DNA of 64,000 nt. It comes from Ferruginibacter sp. (GTDB lineage Bacteria; Bacteroidota; Bacteroidia; Chitinophagales; Chitinophagaceae). Below, piece by piece: positions 9,859 through 19,324 of the stretch (position 1 is the stretch's first letter; the number at the start of each line of letters is the position of its first letter). Made by a program: the position numbers and the translations under genes. Where the stretch lies: positions 116,914 through 180,913 of the forward strand of contig CBDFHZ010000003.1 in assembly GCA_965247855.1 (NCBI GenBank), written 5' to 3'. The notes under the pieces were generated by a model, which saw only the letters and a list, made by a program, of their open reading frames with translations, had not been told where the DNA came from and ran no database searches.

Positions 9859-11796
9859 TTGATCAGCAAAGAAACCATACAACAGATACAAAGTCGAATA
9901 GATATCGCTGAGATCGTGGGCTCGTTCGTAAAACTAAAAAAAAGAGGTGCGAATCTTTTGGGGCTGTGTCCTTTCCACAACGAAAAATCGCCTTCATTTA
10001 CTGTTTCTCCGGCAAAAGAGATCTATAAATGCTTTGGTTGCGGCAAAAGCGGCAATACGATCAGCTTCCTGATGGATCTTGAGAAATACAGTTATGTTGA
10101 GGCTTTGCGTTGGCTGGCGAATAAATATAACGTAGAGATTGAAGAAACGGAGGTGAGTCCGGAAGTCCGCCTGCAACAGCAATCTGCCGACAGTCTTTAT
10201 GTGATCAATAATTTCGGTCAAAAGTTTTTTACAGAAGCTTTGTTTAATACGGAAGAAGGTCATGATATTGCATTAAGTTATTTAAAGGAACGTGGTTTCA
10301 GAGAAGAGATCATCCGCAAGTTTCAGATCGGATATAACCCGGCTGCGGGTGATAGTTTTGCAAACGAAGCAGTTAAACAACAATACAATCCCGAATTACT
10401 GCAGAAAAGCGGACTTGTGGTAATGCGTGATAACGGACTGCGTGATAACTATCGCGGCAGGATCATTTTCCCGATACATAATCAAAGCGGAAAAGTTTTG
10501 GGATTTGGTGCCAGGCTCATTAAGAATAATGATAAGGCGCCCAAATATATCAATACGCCGGAGAACGAAATTTATGTAAAAAGTAAGATTTTATATGGGT
10601 CTTATTTTGCCCGTGTGGCAATTGATAAAGCCGACGAATGCCTGCTGGTAGAGGGTTATACCGATGTGGTGAGTCTTCATCAGGCAGGCGTGGAGAATGT
10701 TGTGGCAAGCGGGGGTACATCACTTACGCCTGATCAGTTGCGTCTTATAAAAAAGTATACGAATAACCTCACGATCATTTATGACGGCGATAATGCAGGC
10801 GTGAAAGCCGCCATGCGCGGAATGGATCTTGCGCTTGAAGAAGGGCTCAATGTTCGTCTTGTTCTGATACCTGATAACGAAGATCCGGATAGTTATGTAA
10901 ATAAGATCGGTGCCACTGCTTTCTCTGAATTTGTTCAGAGTAACAAAAAGGATTTTGTCATCTTTCAACTCGGACTTTCATTGCAGGAAGCCGGTAATGA
11001 TTCTGTAAAGAAATCAGCGATAGTAAACCGTATTGCAGAAACCATTTCCAAGATCACCAAGGCGGAACATTTTACCCGTCGCCAGGATTATGTGAAGCAG
11101 GTGTCGGAAATGCTGAAGATCGAAGAAGCCGGTTTTAATGATCTGGTGAATAAATTCATCAGGGACAAGGTTCAAAAGGACGAATACAGAAGACCCGAAG
11201 CTGATGAAGCGCAGGCTACGGATGCCGGTACAAACGACGAAGACAGATTTACAGAAGCATTATTCAACCGCGATGAACTGCAGGAAAGAGCAATGGTGAG
11301 AAGCCTGGTCGAATTTGGATTGAAAGAATGGGAGGAAGGAGTGACCGTAGCGGCGCATATTTTTAAAGAAATTGACGAAGGGGAACTGGAAACCTTGATG
11401 GAAAACCGTGAACTGGTTTCAGTTATACACACTTATCGCGAATGGTACAACGAAGGCAAGAATCCGACGGATAAGGATTTTTTATATAATGAAGACAAAA
11501 GCCTGGGCATGTTGGTGATCGATATCATGGACAGTCAGACTGAAATAAGCCCAAAATGGGCGGAACATTTCGAAGGCAAGATCCAAACCAGAGATGATTA
11601 TTTTAAGGATGAGATCATTTCTACCCTTACTTATTTTAAACTGCGTAAACTAAAGAAATTACTGGCTGAAAATCAGCGAAACATGGAACAACCGCACAAT
11701 TACGAGGAATTTCAGATCCTGATGAAGATGCAGCTATTGCTCAAAGGTGAGGAGAAAATGCTGACGCAGCACTTAGGAACTGTGATTTTTAAATAA
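9859..11796 (+). CDS. dnaG: DNA primase
   Basis: 645 aa with a TTG start. Zinc-ribbon motif CPFHNEKSPSFTVSPAKEIYKCFGCGKSGN and a TOPRIM region (LLVEGYTDVVSLHQAG..IYDGDNAG). Confidence 0.95.
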   Translation: MISKETIQQIQSRIDIAEIVGSFVKLKKRGANLLGLCPFHNEKSPSFTVSPAKEIYKCFGCGKSGNTISFLMDLEKYSYVEALRWLANKYNVEIEETEVSPEVRLQQQSADSLYVINNFGQKFFTEALFNTEEGHDIALSYLKERGFREEIIRKFQIGYNPAAGDSFANEAVKQQYNPELLQKSGLVVMRDNGLRDNYRGRIIFPIHNQSGKVLGFGARLIKNNDKAPKYINTPENEIYVKSKILYGSYFARVAIDKADECLLVEGYTDVVSLHQAGVENVVASGGTSLTPDQLRLIKKYTNNLTIIYDGDNAGVKAAMRGMDLALEEGLNVRLVLIPDNEDPDSYVNKIGATAFSEFVQSNKKDFVIFQLGLSLQEAGNDSVKKSAIVNRIAETISKITKAEHFTRRQDYVKQVSEMLKIEEAGFNDLVNKFIRDKVQKDEYRRPEADEAQATDAGTNDEDRFTEALFNRDELQERAMVRSLVEFGLKEWEEGVTVAAHIFKEIDEGELETLMENRELVSVIHTYREWYNEGKNPTDKDFLYNEDKSLGMLVIDIMDSQTEISPKWAEHFEGKIQTRDDYFKDEIISTLTYFKLRKLKKLLAENQRNMEQPHNYEEFQILMKMQLLLKGEEKMLTQHLGTVIFK

Positions 11797-12008
11797 AGTG
11801 CTAATGTGGTAATTTTCTGCGTTGTGCTGATAAAAATTGCTCTCCTTTCAAAATTATTACAGCAGATACTTCCCCCCTCTGCATTTCAGCGGCATATCAG
11901 CACATCACGGCATGTTCAAATTGACCCGAAAACTTATCAACACCCCATGTGTGTAACCGTGTGAAAACTATCTATCCTTCGCTTTTTAGTTTTCCCTGAA
12001 ATTCAATT

Positions 12009-15000
12009 ATGTTTGCCGCCTTACTTAAAACAAAGAAAACTGTGCGTTTAAAGAGTTTAGAGATCAAAGGATTTAAAAGTTTTGCCGATAAAACCGTGCT
12101 CAATTTTGACGAAGGCATTACCGGCGTTATCGGTCCCAATGGTTGCGGAAAAAGCAATATCATCGACAGTATTCGCTGGGTGATAGGTGAGCATAAGATC
12201 AGCAATTTGCGTAGTGAAAACCTGGAGAGTTTAGTGTTCAACGGGAGCAAAACACGTAATGCAAGCGGTCTTGCGGAGGTTAGTCTCACTTTTGAAAATA
12301 CAAAGAACCTGTTGCCGACGGAATTTAACACCGTTACGGTAACGCGCAAATACTACAAAAGCGGTGAGAGTGAATATCGTCTTAACGATGTAGCCTGCCG
12401 TTTGAAAGACATCCACAATCTTTTTCTTGATACCGGGGTAAGTACTGACAGCTATGCGATCATTGAGCTCGGGATGGTAGATGACATCATAAAGGATAAA
12501 GAGAACAGTCGTCGTAAAATGCTTGAGCAGGCTGCGGGAATTACCATTTACAAAACCAGAAAGAAAGAAGCAAAGCTGAAGCTTGATGCGACTGAGCAGG
12601 ATCTTGCACGTATCGAGGATCTGTTGTTCGAGATCAATAACCAATTAAAATCACTGGAAAATCAGGCGAAGAAAGCGGAGAAATATTTCGAGATCAAAAA
12701 AGAATATAAAGAAGTTTCCATTGAATTAGCGAAAGCTGCACTGGAAGGTTTTAATATCACTTACCGTGACCTGAACGTGCAGCAACAGCAGGAAGTGGAC
12801 AGAAGAATTGAGCTGGAAACAGCGATTGCTTCTGAAGACGCAGCTTTGGAACAGGAAAAGCTTGGATTTATCGAGAAAGAAAAAGCGTTGCAACAAATGC
12901 AACACGCGTTCAATGAAATGTTGGATAAAGTGCGCAGCAAAGAGAATGAAAAAAATCTCGGCACTCAGAAGTTGCAACATCTGAAAGAAACAAAAGAAAA
13001 CCTTGATCAGTTCCTGAAAAAAGCATCAGGTCAGTTGAAAGGTTTGGAAGAAAGTATAGCATTTACCGGAAAACAAATTCAGGAAGAAGACGGAAGAATA
13101 GGAGAGTTGGAGCAAAAGCTCATTGAGCTTAAAAAAGCCGTTGAAGAAAAACGTGGGGTGTTTGATGACAGACGCAGCAATATTGATTCGCTTCGTAAAG
13201 AAAACCAATCGATCCAATACAATCGTTTTGATGCGGAGAAAAAAGTTGCGGTAGCGGATACAGGCATTCAGAATATTCAGCGCACCATTCAACGTCTCGG
13301 CGAAGAACAGGTTCAGCGCAAAAGTCAGCTGGAAACATTGGAGGCAGAGCAGAAAACGAAAGAAGAAGCACTCACTACAAAACAAAATGAACTAAAAGAA
13401 CTACAGGATCAGCAGGATCGTACAAAAGAGCTCATTCTTCAGTCGCAAAATGCATTGGAAGGTATGCGTTCGCAACTTGCGGAAGAAAGCCGTAAGCTGG
13501 ATGCACGTACGAACGAGCATGACTTATTAAAAAGTCTCATCGATTCGATGGAAGGTTACCCGGAAAGCGTAAAATTCCTGCACAACAACAACGGCTGGAA
13601 CAAAGATGCACCGCTGCTTTCAGATATCATCTATGTAAATGAAAATTATCGTGCTGCGGTTGAAAATGTACTGGAGCAGTACCTCAACTTCTATGTTGTA
13701 AATAACATGGAGGAAGGCTTACAGGCCATTCATTTACTGGATGCAAATAAAAAAGGTAAAGCGAATTTCTTCATGCTGGATAAATTTACCGGCGCTGAAG
13801 CATCGCATCAACCTGAAGGAACGATTCCGGCGCTTGATGTTGCGGAGTTTGACCCGAAATATGAAAACCTTGCGAAGCATTTGTTGGGCAATGTTTTCAT
13901 CGCTGAAAATGAGGACGCATTAAGGAACAGTAACGGTGCTGTGATCCTTGAGAAGACGGGTAAATACGTAAAAGGTAAATACTCGATCACCGGCGGAAGT
14001 GTGGGGATGTTTGAAGGAAAGAAGATCGGTCGTGCAAAGAATTTAGAAAAACTGCAGGTTGAAATTGCAGCGCATCAGAAAGTAGTCGGAGATTTGAAAA
14101 CGGCTATACAGCAACATCATGACGAGATCGCAGGACACAATTCTGCATTGAAAGAAAATGTCATTAAGCAAACGCAACAGGATATCAATAACCTTACGAA
14201 TCTTGTTTTTTCGCTGCGCAACAAAACAGAGAATTTAATTCATCAGGATACAGCAGGAACCGAAAGAGCGGCTGAAATGGAAACGCAATTAAAGCAAAAC
14301 CACGAAGCGATCGCTGATACAAGAATTGAACTGGAAAAATTCAACACGCTTTTGGCTGAGCTTGCGGAGAAGTTGCAAAGCACGGAATCTGCCTACACGG
14401 CGGCAGAGCAGGAATACAATGCGGCGACAGCATCTTTTAATGAAGGTAATATTAATCTCACAAAACAGCAGAGTAAGGTTACGGCATTAAAAACAGAACA
14501 TAATTTCAAATCTGCGCAGCTTAATGAACTCACAACACAAGTAGAGAGCAGCAGTGTTCAACTTCGTGATTCTGATGAGGCGATAAATACGACTGCACAA
14601 ACAGTTTCGGAACTGGAAGAGTTGGTATTGACGTTATTGCAGAATAAAGAAATAGAAGAGAAAAAATTAAATGAAGCTGATCAGGCTTATTATAATTTGC
14701 GTAATGCGCTTACAGAAAAAGAAAGTGAATTGCGCCACAAGCAAAAATCAAAAGAATCAATTGATTCATTGCTTACAGAGATCAAGGATAAGCTTACCGA
14801 TCTTAAATTACAGTTGAGCAGTATGAAAGAAAGACTGAGCGTGGAGTTCAGGGTGGATCTTGATGAAATCATCGATGAGCCGCGTACAAGTGAATTGCCG
14901 GTAGAAGAACTGAAGGAAAGAAACGAACGCATGAAAAAGCGTTTGGAAAATATGGGTGAAGTAAACCCGACGGCTATTGAAGCGTATACGGAAATGAAGA

Positions 15001-15557
15001 AGCGTTATGAATTCATCCTTGAACAAAAGAATGATCTGGTAACTGCGAAAGACAGCCTGATGCAAACGATCCAGGAAGTGGAAGCTACGGCTAACCAACA
15101 ATTTCTTGATACATTCAATAAAACAAGGGAGAATTTCCAGAAAGTATTTAAGGCATTGTTTACCGAAGAGGATACTGCCGATATGATCCTCGTAGACCCG
15201 GAAAACCTTGCGGAAACAGGAATAGATATCGTTGCAAAACCAAAAGGTAAACGTCCATCATCAATCGGTCAGCTGAGCGGTGGTGAGAAAACGTTAACTG
15301 CAACAGCATTGTTGTTTGCGATCTACCTGATAAAGCCTGCACCGTTCTGTATTTTGGACGAGGTGGATGCACCGTTGGATGATGCAAACGTTGGTAAGTT
15401 CACCAATATGATCAAGCAGTTCAGTGAGAATTCGCAGTTCATTATCGTAACACACAACAAGCAAACGATGAGTGCTGTGGATGTAATTTATGGTGTTACG
15501 ATGCAGGAAGCGGGTGTGAGTAAGCTTGTGCCGGTGGATTTTAGGAATTTGAATTAA
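12009..15557 (+). CDS. smc: Chromosome segregation protein SMC
   Basis: 1182 aa. N-terminal Walker A (GPNGCGKSN), long coiled coils, hinge, C-terminal signature LSGGEKTLTA and Walker B ILDEVDAPLD. Confidence 0.96.
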   Translation: MFAALLKTKKTVRLKSLEIKGFKSFADKTVLNFDEGITGVIGPNGCGKSNIIDSIRWVIGEHKISNLRSENLESLVFNGSKTRNASGLAEVSLTFENTKNLLPTEFNTVTVTRKYYKSGESEYRLNDVACRLKDIHNLFLDTGVSTDSYAIIELGMVDDIIKDKENSRRKMLEQAAGITIYKTRKKEAKLKLDATEQDLARIEDLLFEINNQLKSLENQAKKAEKYFEIKKEYKEVSIELAKAALEGFNITYRDLNVQQQQEVDRRIELETAIASEDAALEQEKLGFIEKEKALQQMQHAFNEMLDKVRSKENEKNLGTQKLQHLKETKENLDQFLKKASGQLKGLEESIAFTGKQIQEEDGRIGELEQKLIELKKAVEEKRGVFDDRRSNIDSLRKENQSIQYNRFDAEKKVAVADTGIQNIQRTIQRLGEEQVQRKSQLETLEAEQKTKEEALTTKQNELKELQDQQDRTKELILQSQNALEGMRSQLAEESRKLDARTNEHDLLKSLIDSMEGYPESVKFLHNNNGWNKDAPLLSDIIYVNENYRAAVENVLEQYLNFYVVNNMEEGLQAIHLLDANKKGKANFFMLDKFTGAEASHQPEGTIPALDVAEFDPKYENLAKHLLGNVFIAENEDALRNSNGAVILEKTGKYVKGKYSITGGSVGMFEGKKIGRAKNLEKLQVEIAAHQKVVGDLKTAIQQHHDEIAGHNSALKENVIKQTQQDINNLTNLVFSLRNKTENLIHQDTAGTERAAEMETQLKQNHEAIADTRIELEKFNTLLAELAEKLQSTESAYTAAEQEYNAATASFNEGNINLTKQQSKVTALKTEHNFKSAQLNELTTQVESSSVQLRDSDEAINTTAQTVSELEELVLTLLQNKEIEEKKLNEADQAYYNLRNALTEKESELRHKQKSKESIDSLLTEIKDKLTDLKLQLSSMKERLSVEFRVDLDEIIDEPRTSELPVEELKERNERMKKRLENMGEVNPTAIEAYTEMKKRYEFILEQKNDLVTAKDSLMQTIQEVEATANQQFLDTFNKTRENFQKVFKALFTEEDTADMILVDPENLAETGIDIVAKPKGKRPSSIGQLSGGEKTLTATALLFAIYLIKPAPFCILDEVDAPLDDANVGKFTNMIKQFSENSQFIIVTHNKQTMSAVDVIYGVTMQEAGVSKLVPVDFRNLN

Positions 15558-15584
15558 GAATTAAAATTGAACAATTAAGATTAT

Positions 15585-15613
15585 AGCCCGAAATATTTTC
15601 GGGCTTCTTTTTT
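15585..15613 (+). terminator. Rho-independent terminator of smc
   Basis: Stem agcccgaaa/tttcgggct with a 3-nt loop, followed by tctttttt. Confidence 0.85.
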
Positions 15614-15624
15614 GCGGTGAAATT

Positions 15625-15710
15625 GAAAAAAGGTGACACATTTTTAAGGTTGATACGTTGTTTTTACCGATTTAACGTTTAGACTTTTTAAAAAAGGTGA
15701 CACCATTTTA
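15625..15710 (+). repeat. Two direct copies of AAAAAAGGTGACAC(C)ATTTT spaced 64 bp apart
   Basis: 15625-15646 gaaaaaaggtgacacattttta and 15689-15710 taaaaaaggtgacaccatttta. A third partial copy, tttgacacc, is at 15732-15740. Confidence 0.6.
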
Positions 15711-15727
15711 AACAGTACCGTTTTAGA

Positions 15728-15735
15728 TAACTTTG
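15728..15735 (+). promoter_or_regulatory. Candidate -7 promoter box (TAacTTTG) for the M1 peptidase gene
   Basis: Perfect TAnnTTTG, 18 nt upstream of the ATG at 15753. Confidence 0.45.
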
Positions 15736-15752
15736 ACACCTAAACTTCACAA

Positions 15753-17615
15753 ATGAAAAAATTCTTTCTCTTAGCGATCCTCAATTGTTTAATGCTCGGC
15801 GCTTTTGCGCAGGATACATTGACAGTAGGTTCGGAATTTCAAAAAGCCTACGACAAACAAACCCGCAGCAAAGACGGTAAGCCCGGTTCTAAATACTGGC
15901 AGAACAGGGCGGATTATGATATCAAAGTGAATTTTGATCCTGCTACGAGATTGCTGAAAGGAACTGTTGACATCGTTTACAAAAACAGCAGCCCGGATAC
16001 GCTGCAAGAATTATGGTTCAAACTTTATCCGAATCTATATAAGAAAGGCAGTGCACCTAAGAATATCAAACCGGCGGATATCGGAGATGGCATAACTATA
16101 ACTTCTGTGATCGCAAATAAAACAAAGAAAGATATTGCGTCACTTATTGTTGACGGAACGAATATGCATACCGTGATCGCTCCGTTGCTTCCCGGCAAAT
16201 CGATAAAGCTTACGATGGCGTACAATTATATTTTAAATCAAGGATCGCATACGCGTACAGGTCAGGTAGACAGCGGCTCTTATTTCATCGCTTATTTTTT
16301 TCCGAGAGTGGCTGTGTATGATGATATCGACGGGTGGAACAAATATCCGTACCGCGGATCGGAGGAGTTTTACAATGATTTCTGCAATTTTAAAGCAGCT
16401 GTCACCGTTCCGGATAACTATGTAGTGTGGGCAACAGGTGATCTGCAAAACGGAAAGTCTGTTTTCAATAAAGCGATCTTAAAACGCATCAGCAAGGCAG
16501 AGAAAAATAATGAAATTATTTATGTGATCGACAGCACTGATTTGCAAACAAAGAATGTGACAAAACATAATCAGCTCAACATCTGGAAATACAGTGCGAA
16601 GAATGTTACCGATCTTGTTTTTGCTTTGAGTGATCATTATTTGTGGCGTTCAACAAGTTTGGTGGTCGATCCTTCAAGTGGCAGAAGAACAAGAGTGGAC
16701 GCAGCTTTCAATCCGATCCATAAAGATTATTTTGAAGTGATCGACTTTGCAAGAAAGACAGTTGAATCGATGAGTTACAAATTTCCTGCATGGCCTTATC
16801 CGTATAATCATGAAACTGTTTTCGACGGGTTAGATCAAATGGAATATCCTATGATGGTGAATGACAATCCCGTTGATAAAAGAGAAGATGCGATCACGCT
16901 TACGGACCATGAAATATTTCATACGATGTTTCCTTTTTACATGGGCATCAATGAAACCAAATACGGCTGGATGGATGAAGGTTGGGCAACGATAGGCGAG
17001 TGGTTGGTTTCACCGATGATCGACAGTACAATAAAAGATGATTACGGTATAATACCCACTGCAAAAAGTTCAGGAGAAAAAGACGATACGCCGATCATGA
17101 CGCTTACAACAGATCTTAAGGGAACAGGGGGATTCACTAACTCCTATCCGAAACCTGCATTCGGTTATTTGTTTGTAAAGGACTACCTCGGCGACGAATT
17201 ATTCACAAAGGCTTTACATTACTACATAGCGCAATGGCAGGGCAAGCACCCTACGCCTTATGATTTCTTTTACAGTATGAATGAAGGCAGCGGGAAGAAT
17301 ATGGATTGGTTCTGGAAGCGCTGGTTCTTCGAAGGCGGTGTCACGGATCTTGCGATAACGGATGTGGTCAAAGATGCAAATGGTTATTCGATCAGCATTG
17401 AAAATAAAAGTATGAAGCCGTTACCGGTTGATCTTAATGTTACATACACAGATGGTTCGCAGGGCGTTTTGCATAAAAGCATCGGCGTGTGGCAATACGG
17501 ACAAAAATCAATCAACGTAAAAGTAGAGACCGGCAAGACGATCCGTACTGCAAAACTGGGAAGCTTTTATGTACCGGATAAAAATCCGAAAGATAACAGC
17601 TTTGATGTAAAATAA
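15753..17615 (+). CDS. M1 family metallopeptidase (secreted)
   Basis: 620 aa with a signal peptide. HEIFH followed exactly 18 residues later by E (HEIFHTMFPFYMGINETKYGWMDEGWA), i.e. gluzincin HEXXH-X18-E. Confidence 0.88.
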   Translation: MKKFFLLAILNCLMLGAFAQDTLTVGSEFQKAYDKQTRSKDGKPGSKYWQNRADYDIKVNFDPATRLLKGTVDIVYKNSSPDTLQELWFKLYPNLYKKGSAPKNIKPADIGDGITITSVIANKTKKDIASLIVDGTNMHTVIAPLLPGKSIKLTMAYNYILNQGSHTRTGQVDSGSYFIAYFFPRVAVYDDIDGWNKYPYRGSEEFYNDFCNFKAAVTVPDNYVVWATGDLQNGKSVFNKAILKRISKAEKNNEIIYVIDSTDLQTKNVTKHNQLNIWKYSAKNVTDLVFALSDHYLWRSTSLVVDPSSGRRTRVDAAFNPIHKDYFEVIDFARKTVESMSYKFPAWPYPYNHETVFDGLDQMEYPMMVNDNPVDKREDAITLTDHEIFHTMFPFYMGINETKYGWMDEGWATIGEWLVSPMIDSTIKDDYGIIPTAKSSGEKDDTPIMTLTTDLKGTGGFTNSYPKPAFGYLFVKDYLGDELFTKALHYYIAQWQGKHPTPYDFFYSMNEGSGKNMDWFWKRWFFEGGVTDLAITDVVKDANGYSISIENKSMKPLPVDLNVTYTDGSQGVLHKSIGVWQYGQKSINVKVETGKTIRTAKLGSFYVPDKNPKDNSFDVK

Positions 17616-17667
17616 TATTCGCAAACTTCGTCAGCGTTTGTAAACCGTTACGGCGTTTGAAATACAG

Positions 17668-17732
17668 TTGCCGCAGATTCGCAGATTACTTTCTTCTGAA
17701 TAATGTAATCTATAAACCTGCGGCAATTTTTA
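17668..17732 (+). terminator. Compound hairpin terminator
   Basis: Outer 9-bp stem ttgccgcag/ctgcggcaa encloses an inner 7-bp stem agattac/gtaatct, followed by tttttatt. It overlaps the stop codon of the convergent gene. Confidence 0.6.
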
Positions 17733-18248
17733 TTCAAATAAATAATCTGCCTTGTGCTCCCATGGACCGTTTAGGTAAAGCCATGTAGAAAATCCTGTTG
17801 CAGTGATATTGAATGGCTTGAATGAAAAGCTCAGTTCCTTAAAAAGTATCTGTGCTTTGTTTGCTGTTACTTTATTTTGAACAGTGATATGCGGCCAAAG
17901 CTTTTGCCTGTCCTGTGAAATAAGAAACTGATCTAATTCTTTTTGAATCGCTATGTGGATCACTTGTAACTCTGCTGATTCAATTGCCAAAGCATTTCCG
18001 TTGCCGATATTTTTGATCTCAGCTACCCCCATCTCAAAAGCATTTCTCTTGCTTAATGATCGAAGTGTATCGTCAATAATATCTTCATCAGAAGGAAGTT
18101 TGTGAAACAAAGTAAGATGTGCATCCAAATAATTCACGTGTTTGGGAAAGTGTTTTTTTCTGATCTCGGAAAAATAACGTTGTGATGCTTCATCAATTTT
18201 TAAGGTGATGATGAGCGGTGGTTTTTTTGATGAATTATCTTGTATCAT
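17730..18248 (-). CDS. 2H phosphoesterase superfamily protein (2'-5' RNA ligase/LigT-like)
   Basis: Start moved to the ATG at 18248 (MIQDNSSKKPPLIITLKID). The two H-x-T/S-x motifs HLTLF and HITVQ are characteristic of the 2H fold. The longer track ORF would overlap the divergent PPIase gene. Confidence 0.75.
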   Translation of the reverse strand: MIQDNSSKKPPLIITLKIDEASQRYFSEIRKKHFPKHVNYLDAHLTLFHKLPSDEDIIDDTLRSLSKRNAFEMGVAEIKNIGNGNALAIESAELQVIHIAIQKELDQFLISQDRQKLWPHITVQNKVTANKAQILFKELSFSFKPFNITATGFSTWLYLNGPWEHKADYLFE

Positions 18249-18294
18249 GTTCTGCGAATCTGCTACTTTCTTTTTAAATTGTAAATAAAAATTT

Positions 18295-18864
18295 ATGCAA
18301 AGGCTCATATTATCGTTGGCTTTTATATTTTTTATTTCCTGCTCGAATAAAAAATACGACCATCCTCGTATCTTAATTGAAACGGAAGCCGGGGAGATTG
18401 AAGCGGAATTATACCCCGATAAAGCACCGAAAACCGTTGCAGCGATCACATCTTACATCGATTCCGGTTATTATAAGAAATCATCTTTTTACCGGGTGTT
18501 GCGGGAAGAAGATGACGTGGCGGGAATAAACACCGGGCTTATTCAAGCGGGGACCTGGCCGGAGAAAAAGAACGTTCCGGGGATTGAGCACGAACCAACT
18601 TCCCAAACAGGATTATCACATACAAACGGTACACTGTCATTGGCCCGCACACAACCGGGAACCGCTTCAACAGAATTCTTTATTTGTCTGGGTGATCAAA
18701 AGCAGTTTGATGCCGGCAATTCACGAACAGCCGACACTGCAGGTTTTGCGGCATTCGGAAGAGTTGTGAAAGGGATGGACGTCGTTAGAGCCATTCAAAA
18801 GCGGCCGATGAACGGCGATCATTTTAAAAAGAGGATTTTGATAAAAAATATCATTTTGCGGTAG
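18295..18864 (+). CDS. Peptidyl-prolyl cis-trans isomerase, cyclophilin type (lipoprotein)
   Basis: 189 aa, lipobox FFISC. Cyclophilin pattern (ETEAGEIEAELYPDKAPKTVAAITSYIDSGYY..FYRV..GTLSLART..GTASTEFFICLGD..FAAFGRVVKGMDVV). Confidence 0.9.
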   Translation: MQRLILSLAFIFFISCSNKKYDHPRILIETEAGEIEAELYPDKAPKTVAAITSYIDSGYYKKSSFYRVLREEDDVAGINTGLIQAGTWPEKKNVPGIEHEPTSQTGLSHTNGTLSLARTQPGTASTEFFICLGDQKQFDAGNSRTADTAGFAAFGRVVKGMDVVRAIQKRPMNGDHFKKRILIKNIILR

Positions 18865-18976
18865 AAACGGTTAAATACGACGCATTGAGGGTTTGCATAA
18901 CAAGTAAAGGTTTATTGGTAAAAATGTTGGCATGCTTAATGCAATATTTGATGCATCTACTCACAAAAAAAATTTT

Positions 18977-19267
18977 ATGAAAAAGATATTCTTTGCCTCA
19001 GCATTTACCTTTTGCATAGGCATATTTGCAGCATCTGCACAGACTACAACGACAGAAACAAAAAAAGGAATGAGTCAGCCTGCTAAAGGTGCCTTGATAG
19101 GTGCGGCGGCTGGTGCGGGTACAGGCCTTATAGTAGGGAAGAAAAAAGGGAAAAGTGCTGCGATCGGCGGCGCAGTTGGTGCGGGCGCAGGTTATCTTTA
19201 CGGAAAGCATCGTCAAAAAACGCATCCCAAAAGAACAATAAAAACAAAGGTTGTTACAAGACCATAA
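18977..19267 (+). CDS. Glycine-zipper small membrane/lipoprotein
   Basis: Start set at MKKIFFASAFTFCIGIFAASAQ. Gly-zipper segment GALIGAAAGAGTGLIVGKKKGKSAAIGGAVGAGAGYLYG. Paralogous to the C-terminus of the 47657-48139 protein. Confidence 0.7.
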   Translation: MKKIFFASAFTFCIGIFAASAQTTTTETKKGMSQPAKGALIGAAAGAGTGLIVGKKKGKSAAIGGAVGAGAGYLYGKHRQKTHPKRTIKTKVVTRP

Positions 19268-19292
19268 TATCCAGTCTTGATTTATATAAGGA

Positions 19293-19322
19293 AAGCAAAG
19301 TGATGTTCACTTTGCTTTTTTG
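19293..19322. terminator. Hairpin terminator between convergent genes
   Basis: Perfect 12-bp stem aaagcaaagtga/tcactttgcttt with a 3-nt loop, followed by a T run. Confidence 0.8.
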
Positions 19323-19324
19323 TT

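Noticed and set aside
12231-13385. Several 80-137-aa minus-strand ORFs inside smc.
   Set aside because: They are antisense shadows of the coiled-coil coding region (AAG/GAA-rich sense strand). smc is continuous and complete.
18249-18449. 67-aa N-terminal extension of the 2H phosphoesterase ORF.
   Set aside because: It would overlap the divergent cyclophilin gene start. The domain begins right after the internal ATG at 18248.
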